Source: Obrimoposthia wandeli
Taxonomy: Eukaryota
Reading direction: 5' to 3'
DNA length: 63,283 nucleotides
Assembly: GCA_977020255.1 (NCBI GenBank)
Contig: CDROCS010002422.1
Location: 372,001-435,283 of the forward strand
Positions 41,923 through 52,016 of this stretch are shown here, in pieces. How positions within the stretch are numbered: position 1 is the stretch's first letter; every line of letters starts with the position of its first letter. A program made the position numbers and the translations under genes. A model generated the notes under the pieces. That model searched no databases. It was not told the origin of the DNA and saw only the letters and a program-made list of their open reading frames with translations.

Positions 41923-43422
41923 TTATTCTAAATCTAACCAAATTGTTTTCACATCGGTGTACTGATCATGTGCTTGTAGCGAGTTATCGCGCCCACCAAA
42001 GCCAGATAACTTAAAGCCACCAAATGGAGTGCTGATATCGCCTTCACTAAAGCAGTTAACAGAAACCGTTCCCGCTTGTAACTGACGCGCAAATTTATGT
42101 GCTTTTTTCACGTTAGCGGTGTACAAAGAAGCTTGTAAGCCGTAACAAGTTTGATTGGCAAGCTCTAGTGCATGCTCATCAGATTCTGCTTCTATTAATG
42201 CGAAAACAGGGCCGAAAATTTCTTCGATAGCAATCGTCATATCAGCGGTTACGTTGTCGAACAAAGTCGGTGCGATGAATAAACCATCGCCAATAGTGAT
42301 AGCCTCGCCCCCTGCTAATAAAGTAGCGCCCTCTTTTTTGCCTATCTCGATATAACCCAGGATTTTATCGTACTGCACACGGCTAATGATAGAACCTAAC
42401 ATGTGTTCAGGGTTCATTGGATCACCGGTTTTCCAGTTTTCCATTTCTGCTAAAATCTTAACCGTTAGCTCAGCTTTAATATCTTTGTGGATAATAATGC
42501 GCGAGTTAGCCGTGCAGTTTTGCCCCATATTCCACAGCGCTGCGTTAACGATGTTTTCTGCTACTGAGTCTAAATTCTCGGCATCAGCTAATACGACACT
42601 TGGGCTTTTACCGCCACATTCAAGCACGATGCGTTTTAAGTTGCTGCGCGCTGAATACTCTAAGAAACGACGACCGGTCGTTGTTGATCCTGTGAAAGAA
42701 ACCACTTGTACATCTTCATGCATGCCCAAAGGTTCACCTACATCTGGGCCTAAACCTGGCAATACATTGAATACGCCTGCAGGAATACCCGCTTCAATAG
42801 CGAGTTCTGCAATGCGCAGTGTTGTCATGCTGGTTGTTTCAGCAGGCTTTACAATAACCGAGTTACCCGCCGCTAGTGCTGGGCCTAACTTCCAAGCCAC
42901 CATCATCAGCGGGAAGTTCCAAGGTAATACGCAGGCGACAACGCCTAAAGGTTCACGCACGATCATGCCTACAGCACCATCGCCCGATGGTGACAACTGA
43001 TCGTATAACTTATCTGTCGCCTCTGCATGCCATGCGATGCAACTTGCTGTTTCTGGAAGGTCAGTTAATACACATTCGTGAATCGGCTTACCGGCTTCTA
43101 ATGTTTCCATTACCGCCAATTCAAGTGCATTTTCGGTGATCAAAGTCGCAAGTTTCGCTATGGCTGTTTTGCGCTCACTTGGATGTAATTTTGACCAATC
43201 GCCTCTTTCGAAAACAGCTTTTGCATTGGCGACGGCAACATCAACATCTGCTTGTTTACACGCGGCAACATTGGCAAGCAACTCACCGGTAGCAGGGTTA
43301 ATACTTTGCATGGTTGCGCCATCAATCGCATCAACAAAAGCGCCGTTAATAAATGCCTGAACCGGTAGTTTTAGTTCTGAAGCAATTTTTTGGTATTCTT
43401 GAGTGGTGAGTAGCTCTGACAT
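41923..43422 (-). CDS. Aldehyde dehydrogenase (PuuC-like)
   Basis: PWNFP, FTGST, LECGGKSP, GQNCTA, EEIFGPV. Confidence 0.93.
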   Translation of the reverse strand: MSELLTTQEYQKIASELKLPVQAFINGAFVDAIDGATMQSINPATGELLANVAACKQADVDVAVANAKAVFERGDWSKLHPSERKTAIAKLATLITENALELAVMETLEAGKPIHECVLTDLPETASCIAWHAEATDKLYDQLSPSGDGAVGMIVREPLGVVACVLPWNFPLMMVAWKLGPALAAGNSVIVKPAETTSMTTLRIAELAIEAGIPAGVFNVLPGLGPDVGEPLGMHEDVQVVSFTGSTTTGRRFLEYSARSNLKRIVLECGGKSPSVVLADAENLDSVAENIVNAALWNMGQNCTANSRIIIHKDIKAELTVKILAEMENWKTGDPMNPEHMLGSIISRVQYDKILGYIEIGKKEGATLLAGGEAITIGDGLFIAPTLFDNVTADMTIAIEEIFGPVFALIEAESDEHALELANQTCYGLQASLYTANVKKAHKFARQLQAGTVSVNCFSEGDISTPFGGFKLSGFGGRDNSLQAHDQYTDVKTIWLDLE

Positions 43423-43671
43423 TTAATTCTCCAGAATTCTGTATTTTTTACAAACTTAACGGTACTTAATGTAGCAACAATTCAGCGCAAAAACATTATG
43501 ATATGCTGCGATTTTATTCAACATTAAGAGAGTAAATAGATAATTGTATAGATTGATATATCAATTAGGTATCTAGATTGATACACAAGTGAATAGATTA
43601 CATGTAACTCTATAAAAGGTCTCCACGCTTAATTAACGTAAAGACCTGTCGTATATTTAAGCAATTACGCG

Positions 43672-44574
43672 TTAAGCAGCCATAATTTTTTCTAGTTCGC
43701 TCGCCGCTTTTTCAATCACACCTTTTACATTGCCAGCCATCTCAGCTTCCATTTCCATCATCGGCAAACGCACTGGCCCACCATCAATACCTTGCAGCTT
43801 TGCACCGTACTTAACACACTGGATGAATTTGCCGCTTTGCTCTAAAAGCTCCATCACTGGCATCAACGTTGCCATGAATTTTTGGCCTTTTGCGAAATCT
43901 TTCTCGATTACACAAGCTTCATAGAACGCCACACATGCTTTAGGGAAAATATTTGCGCAAGCACACACCCAGCTTTGCGCGCCCCAGGCAAAAAACTCTA
44001 ACACTTGGTCTTCAGCACCAGCGCTTAATTGCACTTGTGGGTAATCAATGGTTAATTGATGAATGCGGTTCACATCACCACTTGATTCTTTAATCGCTAC
44101 TATATTCTTGCGATCAGCCACTTGATCCATAAAACTAGTCCCCATTTCAACGCCTGTGCGTCCAGGATAGTTGTAAAGGATAATCGCTAAATCTGCCGCT
44201 TCATCGATACGGATAACGTGCGCTGCTAATTCTGATTCATCAGGAAGTGAGTATGGTGGTGCTGCAACTAACATTGCACTCGCGCCCGCCGCTTTCGCCG
44301 CTGCTGCATAAGCGTAAGCTTCTGTGGCAACCATATCGTTAACACCGGCGATCCAAGGAACTCGCCCTGCGATGTATTCATTGGCAAAAGCAAACTGCTC
44401 TAAACGCTCAGTTTTTGACATGGTGTAAAATTCACCGGTAGAGCCGCCAACAATCAAGCCGTGCACGCCATTGTTGATTTGGTTATCAATTACCGCTTTC
44501 CAACCATTATAATCGATACTGCCATCAGCGCTAAAAGAGGTAATAATAGGTGTGTATATGCCTTGAAACTTCAT
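43672..44574 (-). CDS. DapA-family lyase/deaminase
   Basis: GSTGEF, LYNYPGRTG, Schiff-base AIKESSG. Confidence 0.9.
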   Translation of the reverse strand: MKFQGIYTPIITSFSADGSIDYNGWKAVIDNQINNGVHGLIVGGSTGEFYTMSKTERLEQFAFANEYIAGRVPWIAGVNDMVATEAYAYAAAAKAAGASAMLVAAPPYSLPDESELAAHVIRIDEAADLAIILYNYPGRTGVEMGTSFMDQVADRKNIVAIKESSGDVNRIHQLTIDYPQVQLSAGAEDQVLEFFAWGAQSWVCACANIFPKACVAFYEACVIEKDFAKGQKFMATLMPVMELLEQSGKFIQCVKYGAKLQGIDGGPVRLPMMEMEAEMAGNVKGVIEKAASELEKIMAA

Positions 44575-44661
44575 TGTCTATCCTCGTATTGCTCTCTTTT
44601 GCGATAAGAGAAGCTAAATTTTATACGTGTATCACGGGTTAATTGCAAAAACTATACTGCA

Positions 44662-44682
44662 TTGAATACAAATTGTATACTA
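44662..44682. promoter_or_regulatory. Tandem GntR-type operator-like sites
   Basis: TTGAATACAA and TTGTATACTA are each one mismatch from TTGTATACAA. They lie between the divergent dapA-like and gntR genes. Confidence 0.55.
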
Positions 44683-44819
44683 AATAAATATACGATTACA
44701 ATTGAGTTGAAAAAGAGTAGAATTGGCCGCTAATTTTTCTACATCTTGCGAGCGTACAGCACCATGAAAAATTACCGAGTATATGCAAGCAAAATATTAC
44801 TGATCAAAAGGGATTAGCT

Positions 44820-45533
44820 TTGAGTAACGCCACTGTCACAAAAGAAAAACGCACCCGCGGTGAGGGTGCTAATCGTATTTTTAACATTCTGCGTGAAGAA
44901 ATTTTATCGCTACATTTAAACCCAGGCCAGCCGGTAGACGAAGTGGGTTTAGCTGAACGTTTTGGTGTTTCAAGATCTCCTGTGCGCGAGGCATTAGTAC
45001 GTTTAGCTTCGCAAGGTTTAGTGCATACCCTACCTAATAAAAGTACTATTATTGCCCCACTCAATATCGAAGAATTCCCACAGTATATTGATGCCTTAGA
45101 TTTATTACAGCGCGCCACGCACCGTTTGGCCGCTAAGTTACGAACTGAAGCTGATTTAATCGAGATTGATGCATTGCAACAACAATTCACCCAAGCAGTA
45201 AACGATAGCAATGTAGTGGCAATGATTGAGCGCAATCAAGCATTACATATGGCGATAGCTAAAGCTTCGCGCAATAATTATTTAATGAAAAGTTATTCAA
45301 CTTTGTTAGATGAAGGGCGCCGCATTCTACGTTTATATTTTCGCTCGTATAACGATACGCTTCCCCCTGAGTTAGTTGTTGAGCACAATCATATTATCGA
45401 TGCCATTCGCGCAAAAGATGCTGACCTTGCCGAAAAACTCGCTCATGAGCATAGTATTGAAGTTAAAACACGCTTCCTTGCTTATTTATCAACTAGCCAT
45501 ACTTCTGGTATCGCTGTTGATGTAAGCCAGTAG
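44820..45533 (+). CDS. GntR/FadR-family regulator (FCD domain)
   Basis: LAERFGVSRSPVREAL, EHNHIIDAI. Confidence 0.92.
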   Translation: MSNATVTKEKRTRGEGANRIFNILREEILSLHLNPGQPVDEVGLAERFGVSRSPVREALVRLASQGLVHTLPNKSTIIAPLNIEEFPQYIDALDLLQRATHRLAAKLRTEADLIEIDALQQQFTQAVNDSNVVAMIERNQALHMAIAKASRNNYLMKSYSTLLDEGRRILRLYFRSYNDTLPPELVVEHNHIIDAIRAKDADLAEKLAHEHSIEVKTRFLAYLSTSHTSGIAVDVSQ

Positions 45534-45902
45534 CGCGCTGTTAATTCGTTGCCAGCACATAAATGCTGGTATCTGTGTTGCTCTAAAAACTCAATTGTAA
45601 TTTAGTTTATTACAGCTTATTAACCGCTCTTAGACTTAATAAATTACGCGTAAAACGACACTCCACCTAATGCTCAGCGAGAGTTATTTGGCCTAATCTA
45701 TTCTGCTATCTCATGCTTATTTAAAACGGCCTAAACCATCGCGCATTGAAATTTAAGCGCCCCCAGCAAATATTAAACTTACCTTTCAATAACATCTGTT
45801 TAGGCATTGTCTAAGAATACCCATTCACTTTATTTATTGATTGACTCTCACCAGCCTTAAGGCGTACATTTGCGAAAACAATGGACGTTTAGGGTACGAT
45901 AT

Positions 45903-47747
45903 ATGACGGCAACACTACTCTCTTTGCTGGCACTTTTTTCTAGTGGCTTCGTGATTATGTCAGCCCATGGTTTGATCAATATTTTGCTGCCGTCTAAACT
46001 TAGCCTTGAAAATGTCAGCGCCGATAATATTGGCTTAATCATGTCTATGTTTTCGGTAGGCCTACTGCTTGGCGGTATCTACACTCGCCGTCTGATTATT
46101 CACGTTGGCCATATCCGTGTCTATGCGGCCAGTGCTGCAATGGCCGCCATCAGCATTTTAATATGTTATCTATGGCTCAATGAGTGGTTATGGGCGGTAA
46201 TGCGAATTCTCATGGGCTTTTGTATTGCTTCCACTAACATCGTTGCAGACGGCTGGTTGAGTGAACGCGCCACCAGCGATACCCGAGCACGAATTTTGGC
46301 AACGAATCAAATAGTGCTTTTATCGGCAATGTTTCTCGGCTCTTTCATGATTAACCTAGCAGATATCAGCCACGCAACCTTGTATATCATGGCCGGCCTG
46401 TTGCTTTGCGGTGGCGTAGTGCCCATTGCCATGAGCAGCGCATCGGCTCCAGATATCGATGACGCTCCGTCAATGCCATTACGTAAATTGGTTAACACCT
46501 CACCCGTTGGCACTATGGCCGTTTTGATGTGCGGATTAATACTTGGCTCTTTGCTGAGCATGCTGGCCGTTTATGCGAAGGCAAAAGGCATCACCGGCTT
46601 TAACGTTTCACTTTTAGTCGGCGCTGCGATTATCGGCGGGGTTATTCTGCAATACCCTATTGGCTATCTCGCCGACCGCTATGAACGACGTAAGGTCATG
46701 CTTAATATCGTGCTGGTGTCGATGATCTGTACCGGGCTAATCCCCTTTGTTATCGATTTGGATTTATTCATTCCAGCACTCGTTTTAGTAGGCCTCAGTA
46801 GTGGTATCATTTCTAGTTTATATCCGCTGGGGGTGGCCGAAACATTTGACCGTTTACAACAAAACGAAATGGGCCGCGCTATCGGAGCGATGTTTATTAT
46901 CTACGCTAGTGGCGGCATTATTGGCCCTTACGCAGTTGGTCTAGTGATGCAGCACAGTGGAGTCAATTCTTTCTTCATGTTCATGGCCGCTATGCAGTGC
47001 CTGTTTGCCTTCTTTATCGTTTATCGCAGCCGAATACGTCAATCAATCCCAACCGATCAACAAGAAGCATTTGTCGCTCAAGGTGCAACGGGTTGGGTGA
47101 GTACTGAGCTTGACCCTCGTACTGAATATGTTGATAACACAGCTCTCAGTGCAGCGGCACAAACGGCGGTAGATATCGCGCTGGTCAATCCAGCATTAGC
47201 ATTAGAGATGGTCAGTTTGATAGCTAAGGCTTCACCTGATCAAGTGATTGAAGTAGCAGGTGCCTTAGCTGGCGTTGAGGGAATAGACGTTACTGAGCTA
47301 TACAAATGCCTTAACGAAATAGCTCCAGAAGATCACCAAGAATTAGTACAAACCATCATTACTGCCACGGCTGATTATTCTACCGAATTGGTCAGTGCTG
47401 TGTTTGATGAGGCTGAATCTGCCGATATTGCTGAATTAGCCACAGCGATGACGGAGGCTGCCCCTGAGGAAAGCTTGGAAATTATTGAAGCTGCCACAGA
47501 GGCAGTGCTGGAAGACAATCCTGAAATGGTGGTGGATATTGCTGAAACCTACCTCAACAGTATGACCGACAGTTGGGAAGATATGCGCTATGCAGATCGC
47601 CTCGCTGACGATGGTGAACAAACCATCACCGATATGGTGTCAATGATTGCTGAGAAAGCACCTGAGCAGGTAGCAGAAGTAACTGCCATCATCTCTGAAA
47701 CGGATTTTGACGCAGACATTGATACTGACAATAGCCATGAGAATTAA
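45903..47747 (+). CDS. MFS transporter (YcaD-like) with long acidic C-terminal tail
   Basis: 12 TM core, GYLADRYERR, then about 200 aa D/E-rich helical tail. Confidence 0.88.
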   Translation: MTATLLSLLALFSSGFVIMSAHGLINILLPSKLSLENVSADNIGLIMSMFSVGLLLGGIYTRRLIIHVGHIRVYAASAAMAAISILICYLWLNEWLWAVMRILMGFCIASTNIVADGWLSERATSDTRARILATNQIVLLSAMFLGSFMINLADISHATLYIMAGLLLCGGVVPIAMSSASAPDIDDAPSMPLRKLVNTSPVGTMAVLMCGLILGSLLSMLAVYAKAKGITGFNVSLLVGAAIIGGVILQYPIGYLADRYERRKVMLNIVLVSMICTGLIPFVIDLDLFIPALVLVGLSSGIISSLYPLGVAETFDRLQQNEMGRAIGAMFIIYASGGIIGPYAVGLVMQHSGVNSFFMFMAAMQCLFAFFIVYRSRIRQSIPTDQQEAFVAQGATGWVSTELDPRTEYVDNTALSAAAQTAVDIALVNPALALEMVSLIAKASPDQVIEVAGALAGVEGIDVTELYKCLNEIAPEDHQELVQTIITATADYSTELVSAVFDEAESADIAELATAMTEAAPEESLEIIEAATEAVLEDNPEMVVDIAETYLNSMTDSWEDMRYADRLADDGEQTITDMVSMIAEKAPEQVAEVTAIISETDFDADIDTDNSHEN

Positions 47748-47773
47748 GGGTTAAGTACTTTTTTATTAAAAGT

Positions 47774-47925
47774 CATTAGTGTCCGGTTTAATTTTTGTTG
47801 TTCTGTAACTCATTGATTTCACGTTAACCACAAGTATTATTTGGCTAAAAAAATCCAATTATCTATGCTAGAAAACCACAAATCAATGGGTTAGAGAGCT
47901 TACACTTTTTAACCGGACAGCAATG
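47774..47925. mobile_element. 152-bp MITE, copy 2 (inverted), with 9-bp target site duplication
   Basis: Reverse complement of 1924-2075 with about 13 substitutions and no indels. ATTAAAAGT is duplicated at 47765-47773 and 47926-47934. Confidence 0.9.
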
Positions 47926-48047
47926 ATTAAAAGTGTAAGTTAAGTTGCGTTACGCGAAATATATATTCTATTAGCTGATTTAGCATCCTATTGTGAATAT
48001 TTAAATCAGCCTGATATACCGCTTTAAAGACCTCAGTTCAAGACTGC

Positions 48048-49280
48048 TCAACTCGCCAATAATGCAGCGACCATTTTTGCAGTACTAGGCCCTTGCGTTA
48101 AACCTAAGTGCCCATGACCTAGTGCATAGATAATATTAGGGTTCGCTGCACTTCGCTCAATAATGGGCAGTGAATCGGGTGTAGAGGGACGATGACCCAT
48201 CCAGCGGTAATTTTCCTGCTGTTGCAATGTTGGAAATAGCTCACGGGCGATTTTATCTATCGCTGTAAAATGCTTGGCATTGGGTCGGCGTTTAACACCA
48301 CCGAACTCTGCCCATCCACCGATGCGTAAACCATGATCTATAGGGGTTGCCACTACGCCTCTGTCGCCAAACATGATGGCTCTAGCGACATTAATTTGCG
48401 GGTCTGTATAAGTTAAATTATAACCGCGCTCAGCCTCTAGCAGTTTTGGCGTGTTGAGCTGTTTAAGAAGCGGTTTTGACCACACACCTGCACTGAGTAC
48501 CACTTTATCAAAGCGACATTGTTGGCCGTTTTTGTAAACTAACTCAATACCTTGTGTCACACTGTTCATTTGCTGCTCAATGTTAAACTGCGTAATTTCT
48601 TCACAGATAAATTCGCCGCCATTAGCACAGCAAAAATCCACTAGCCCTGTGACTATTTTTTTCGGGTCACTCACCGTCATCCACTGCGGTAACAAATATC
48701 CACCAGCAAATATCTTAGCTAAATTGGGTTCTAAATCGTAAAGCTGCTCAGTGCTTAAACTTTGCGCTGTAAAACCATACTCAGCTCTTTTAGCGAATCC
48801 AACGGCGGCAGCAGCCAAACTTTTAGTGCTTTCGTAAAGATATAAAGCACCGTCGCGATTTAAATACTGTGCAAGGTTAGTACTCGCAAATAAATCTTCA
48901 ACGTCTTGGAACACATGAGCATTCATATTCCCCAGCTTTTTAATATTTTGCTGATGAATAGCATCTTGTGAATTTAATGCAAAACGCCATAACCAAGGGA
49001 TCAACATCGGCCACTGAGTTAAAGGTACTTTTAAGGGTGATTTTGGATCAACCAACATTCCGAGCGCCGCGGTGACTATGCCAGGTGTGGCCATTGGTAT
49101 AATTTCAGGCGCTGCTATATGCGCAGCATTACCTCTTGATGGCCCTGCCATACCGGGCATTGAGCGGTCTATAAGAGTAACTTTAGCGCCTTGTAATATC
49201 AATTGCGCCGCGCAGCAACTTCCCACTATACCGGCGCCTACTATGGCGATATGCTGACCTTGTAAATTTTTTTCATTCAT
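48048..49280 (-). CDS. FAD-dependent D-amino-acid dehydrogenase family
   Basis: IVGAGIVG, SRGNA, WMGHRPSTPDSLP, GHGHLGLT. Confidence 0.9.
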   Translation of the reverse strand: MNEKNLQGQHIAIVGAGIVGSCCAAQLILQGAKVTLIDRSMPGMAGPSRGNAAHIAAPEIIPMATPGIVTAALGMLVDPKSPLKVPLTQWPMLIPWLWRFALNSQDAIHQQNIKKLGNMNAHVFQDVEDLFASTNLAQYLNRDGALYLYESTKSLAAAAVGFAKRAEYGFTAQSLSTEQLYDLEPNLAKIFAGGYLLPQWMTVSDPKKIVTGLVDFCCANGGEFICEEITQFNIEQQMNSVTQGIELVYKNGQQCRFDKVVLSAGVWSKPLLKQLNTPKLLEAERGYNLTYTDPQINVARAIMFGDRGVVATPIDHGLRIGGWAEFGGVKRRPNAKHFTAIDKIARELFPTLQQQENYRWMGHRPSTPDSLPIIERSAANPNIIYALGHGHLGLTQGPSTAKMVAALLAS

Positions 49281-49316
49281 TGCTGTCAATCTCAATAACT
49301 GTAACCAAAACCAGAA

Positions 49317-50351
49317 TCAGCTCACTAAATCGTCAGCATCGCCCCAACAATCTGCAACGCTATACCCTTCTTGATAGGGATCTGTTGGATCGACCCCTAT
49401 TTGGTGAATACCGTGAATCCAACCACGGCCCGAAACTTTAGGTAATACAGCTACTTTACCAGCTACCTGCGTCGTACCCGCCACGCTCATATCGAAACGG
49501 CTACCAATAATCGAATATGCGCTGTAGGTATCACCAACTGCGACTTCACCGCGAGCATGCATCACTGCCATGCGAGCACTATTTCCAGTACCACAAGGAG
49601 AGCGATCTAGCCTACCTGGGGGTAAAACGGTAGCGCCTCGCAATTGATTTTCCGGCCCTTTATCAATTAGCATGGTATAAGCAATACCTTTTAACTGCGC
49701 GTTTTCCGGATGCGCAATATCATGTGTTTTATTAAGTTGGCGCTGCACTTCACAACCTATCTCAACTATTTTTTTAGCATTACCCGCTTCGATGCTAATA
49801 CCTAGTTGTGCGCAATCGACCAGAGCATAAAAGATACCTCCGAAGGCGATATCAACGGTTAGTGTGCCATATTTTTCGGTGACAACTTGTACATCTAAGC
49901 TATGTACAAAACTGGCATTCATATCCAGCTCAACTCTTTCACACTTGCCATCATTACACTGCGCTGTTGCCGTAACCAAACCTGCTGGCATATCAAAACG
50001 CACGATTGTCTGTGGCTCTTGCATGGGCAGAATCCCCGTTTCCAGTAGCACTGTTGTCACACAAATACAGTTCGAACCTGACATCGCATGTGCTTGATCA
50101 CCTTGTAATATGATAAAGCCTGCATCGGCATCAGGGCGTGTTGGTGGCAGTAGCAAATTAGTACTCATTTGTGCGTAACCGCGTGGCTCAAACACACAAA
50201 AGCGTCGAATGCTGTCATCAACTTCATTAATGTAGGTCATTTTATCTAACATCGTTTTGCCGGGGATATCTAATACACCTCCCGTGACAACACGACCCAC
50301 TTCACCTTCTGCATGGGCTTCAACTAAATTCAGTGTTTTTTTCCAGCGCAT
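49317..50351 (-). CDS. Proline racemase superfamily protein, Ser/Cys catalytic pair
   Basis: HAEGE, EPRG, AMSGSN (Ser at first site), DRSPCGTG (Cys at second site). Confidence 0.92.
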   Translation of the reverse strand: MRWKKTLNLVEAHAEGEVGRVVTGGVLDIPGKTMLDKMTYINEVDDSIRRFCVFEPRGYAQMSTNLLLPPTRPDADAGFIILQGDQAHAMSGSNCICVTTVLLETGILPMQEPQTIVRFDMPAGLVTATAQCNDGKCERVELDMNASFVHSLDVQVVTEKYGTLTVDIAFGGIFYALVDCAQLGISIEAGNAKKIVEIGCEVQRQLNKTHDIAHPENAQLKGIAYTMLIDKGPENQLRGATVLPPGRLDRSPCGTGNSARMAVMHARGEVAVGDTYSAYSIIGSRFDMSVAGTTQVAGKVAVLPKVSGRGWIHGIHQIGVDPTDPYQEGYSVADCWGDADDLVS

Positions 50352-50449
50352 GGATTTTCTCTCTTTAAATTCTATTTTGGGCACATTATCTTGCATGCTC
50401 TACAGCGTCAATCATTAAATTCACTCTTTAGTGCAGTAGTGAATACTTT

Positions 50450-50459
50450 TTGTCGACAA
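50450..50459. promoter_or_regulatory. Palindromic GntR-type operator-like site
   Basis: Perfect palindrome TTGTCGACAA upstream of the racemase gene. Confidence 0.45.
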
Positions 50460-50710
50460 TGTTTTTTTATATTTATCCCACTGTAGTTAGTACATTCAAA
50501 CTCTGAGATTTTTCAGCTCATTGCTTTAAGCCTTACTTAGAAGCTCGCTGAAGTTTTATTTATGCTTAAACAAGAGTCAAAATTTATGTCGATAGTCACG
50601 GATGATAAGAGTAGACTGCTCGCTTCTTCGTCGCCGCTGTTGGATGGTTTACGCCTTGTAAATGCGAGCAGATTTTCTGTCTATACTAAACTCATGAGTT
50701 CAATTTCACT

Positions 50711-51586
50711 GTGCCAAACATAATCAATCATCCATGGAAATCTCTCGACATGGTCGCCCTCGCTGTTGTTTTATTTGGCTGGGGTGGGAATTTTATAGCC
50801 ATAAAATACGCGGTATTAGATATTCCAAGTTGGACTGCTCTCTCTTTACGCTTGGTCATAGTAGGCTGTTTACTAGTTTTTTTCTTACGCAATCCACTAC
50901 CACACTTTAAGTACTACTTATTTATTACGCTTGCCTTAGTGCCTGGCCATTTTGGCTTATTGTTTTTAGCCTCTCAGTTGACTACCAATGTTTCGGCTAT
51001 TTCGTTATTTATTCAGTTGAATCCGGCTTTTGCGCTGCTGTTTGGCTGGCTATTACTAAACGAAAAACCGGGTATGCGCCGTATTGTTGGCTTATTAATG
51101 GCGTTTATGGCCATGGTGATATTATTTTATGAACCGAATTTACTCGGCATAAGCCAGGCCTTAATTGTAGCCGCAATGTCAGCAATGTTTATGGGATTAT
51201 ATTCTGTATTACTGCGCTCTATGCCCAAACAAATACGCCCTATTGATATCATTGGCTGGACAGCCATTCTAGGTACTCCGATGGTAGCAAGTATTGCTTA
51301 CTTCACCGAAGGGTCTCCATTAGATACACTCAACGACGTGTCATCGCAAAGTTATCTTGCGGTGCTTTATTCCGCTATCGTATCCAGTATTATTAGCCAC
51401 GGTTTATGGGCTTGGTTATGCCGTCGCCATCCTGTGGCACAAGTTGTGCCTTTTAGCTTATTAGTGCCTATCATTGCGATTAGTTTGGCTGCGCTGTTTT
51501 TCGGCGAAAGTATCACTGTGCAAATGCTAGTGGCTGCGGCTGTGCTCTGTTTGGGGTTATTTATTATCGCTAAAGCGAAAAGATAA
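50711..51586 (+). CDS. DMT/EamA family transporter
   Basis: WGGNFIAIK, LLNEK, PFSLLVP, about 10 TM. Confidence 0.88.
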   Translation: MPNIINHPWKSLDMVALAVVLFGWGGNFIAIKYAVLDIPSWTALSLRLVIVGCLLVFFLRNPLPHFKYYLFITLALVPGHFGLLFLASQLTTNVSAISLFIQLNPAFALLFGWLLLNEKPGMRRIVGLLMAFMAMVILFYEPNLLGISQALIVAAMSAMFMGLYSVLLRSMPKQIRPIDIIGWTAILGTPMVASIAYFTEGSPLDTLNDVSSQSYLAVLYSAIVSSIISHGLWAWLCRRHPVAQVVPFSLLVPIIAISLAALFFGESITVQMLVAAAVLCLGLFIIAKAKR

Positions 51587-51713
51587 CTTGTATGACAGCA
51601 ATGAAGTTTGTGCGGGCCTAAATATCATGCTTTGATAAAAAAACAGACAGTGAATACTGTCTGTTTGTAGCTAAGCTGTTTAAATAAGTTGTTTTTCACT
51701 TAACTGCTTATAA

Positions 51714-52016
51714 CTATTTTAAACTTGCGAAATATGCTGCTACGTCTTCAATTTGATCTTCTGCAATAACCATCGCCATAGGAGTCATGGTTGCATCTTT
51801 ACGCGTCCCATCTCTAAATGCTTTGATTTGCTTGATAAAATATCCTGCCTTTTGTCCTGCTAGATTTGGCCATAAATCATTATTACTCACACCTGCAACA
51901 CCATGGCAAGCAACACATAGTTGCGATGCAGCTTTACCTTTTTCAATATCTGCTGCAAACGAAACTTGGCTCATTGCTAGCACACACGCACTTAATACAA
52001 TTCTTTTTAATGTCAT
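51714..52016 (-). CDS. Monohaem class I cytochrome c (c553/c4-like)
   Basis: Signal peptide, CVACH, PNLAGQ, MTPMA. Confidence 0.93.
   Translation of the reverse strand: MTLKRIVLSACVLAMSQVSFAADIEKGKAASQLCVACHGVAGVSNNDLWPNLAGQKAGYFIKQIKAFRDGTRKDATMTPMAMVIAEDQIEDVAAYFASLK

Noticed and set aside
43552-43565. FNR site
   Set aside because: TTGAT and ATCAA are separated by 2 bp, not 4. It is kept only as a possible GntR-type palindrome.
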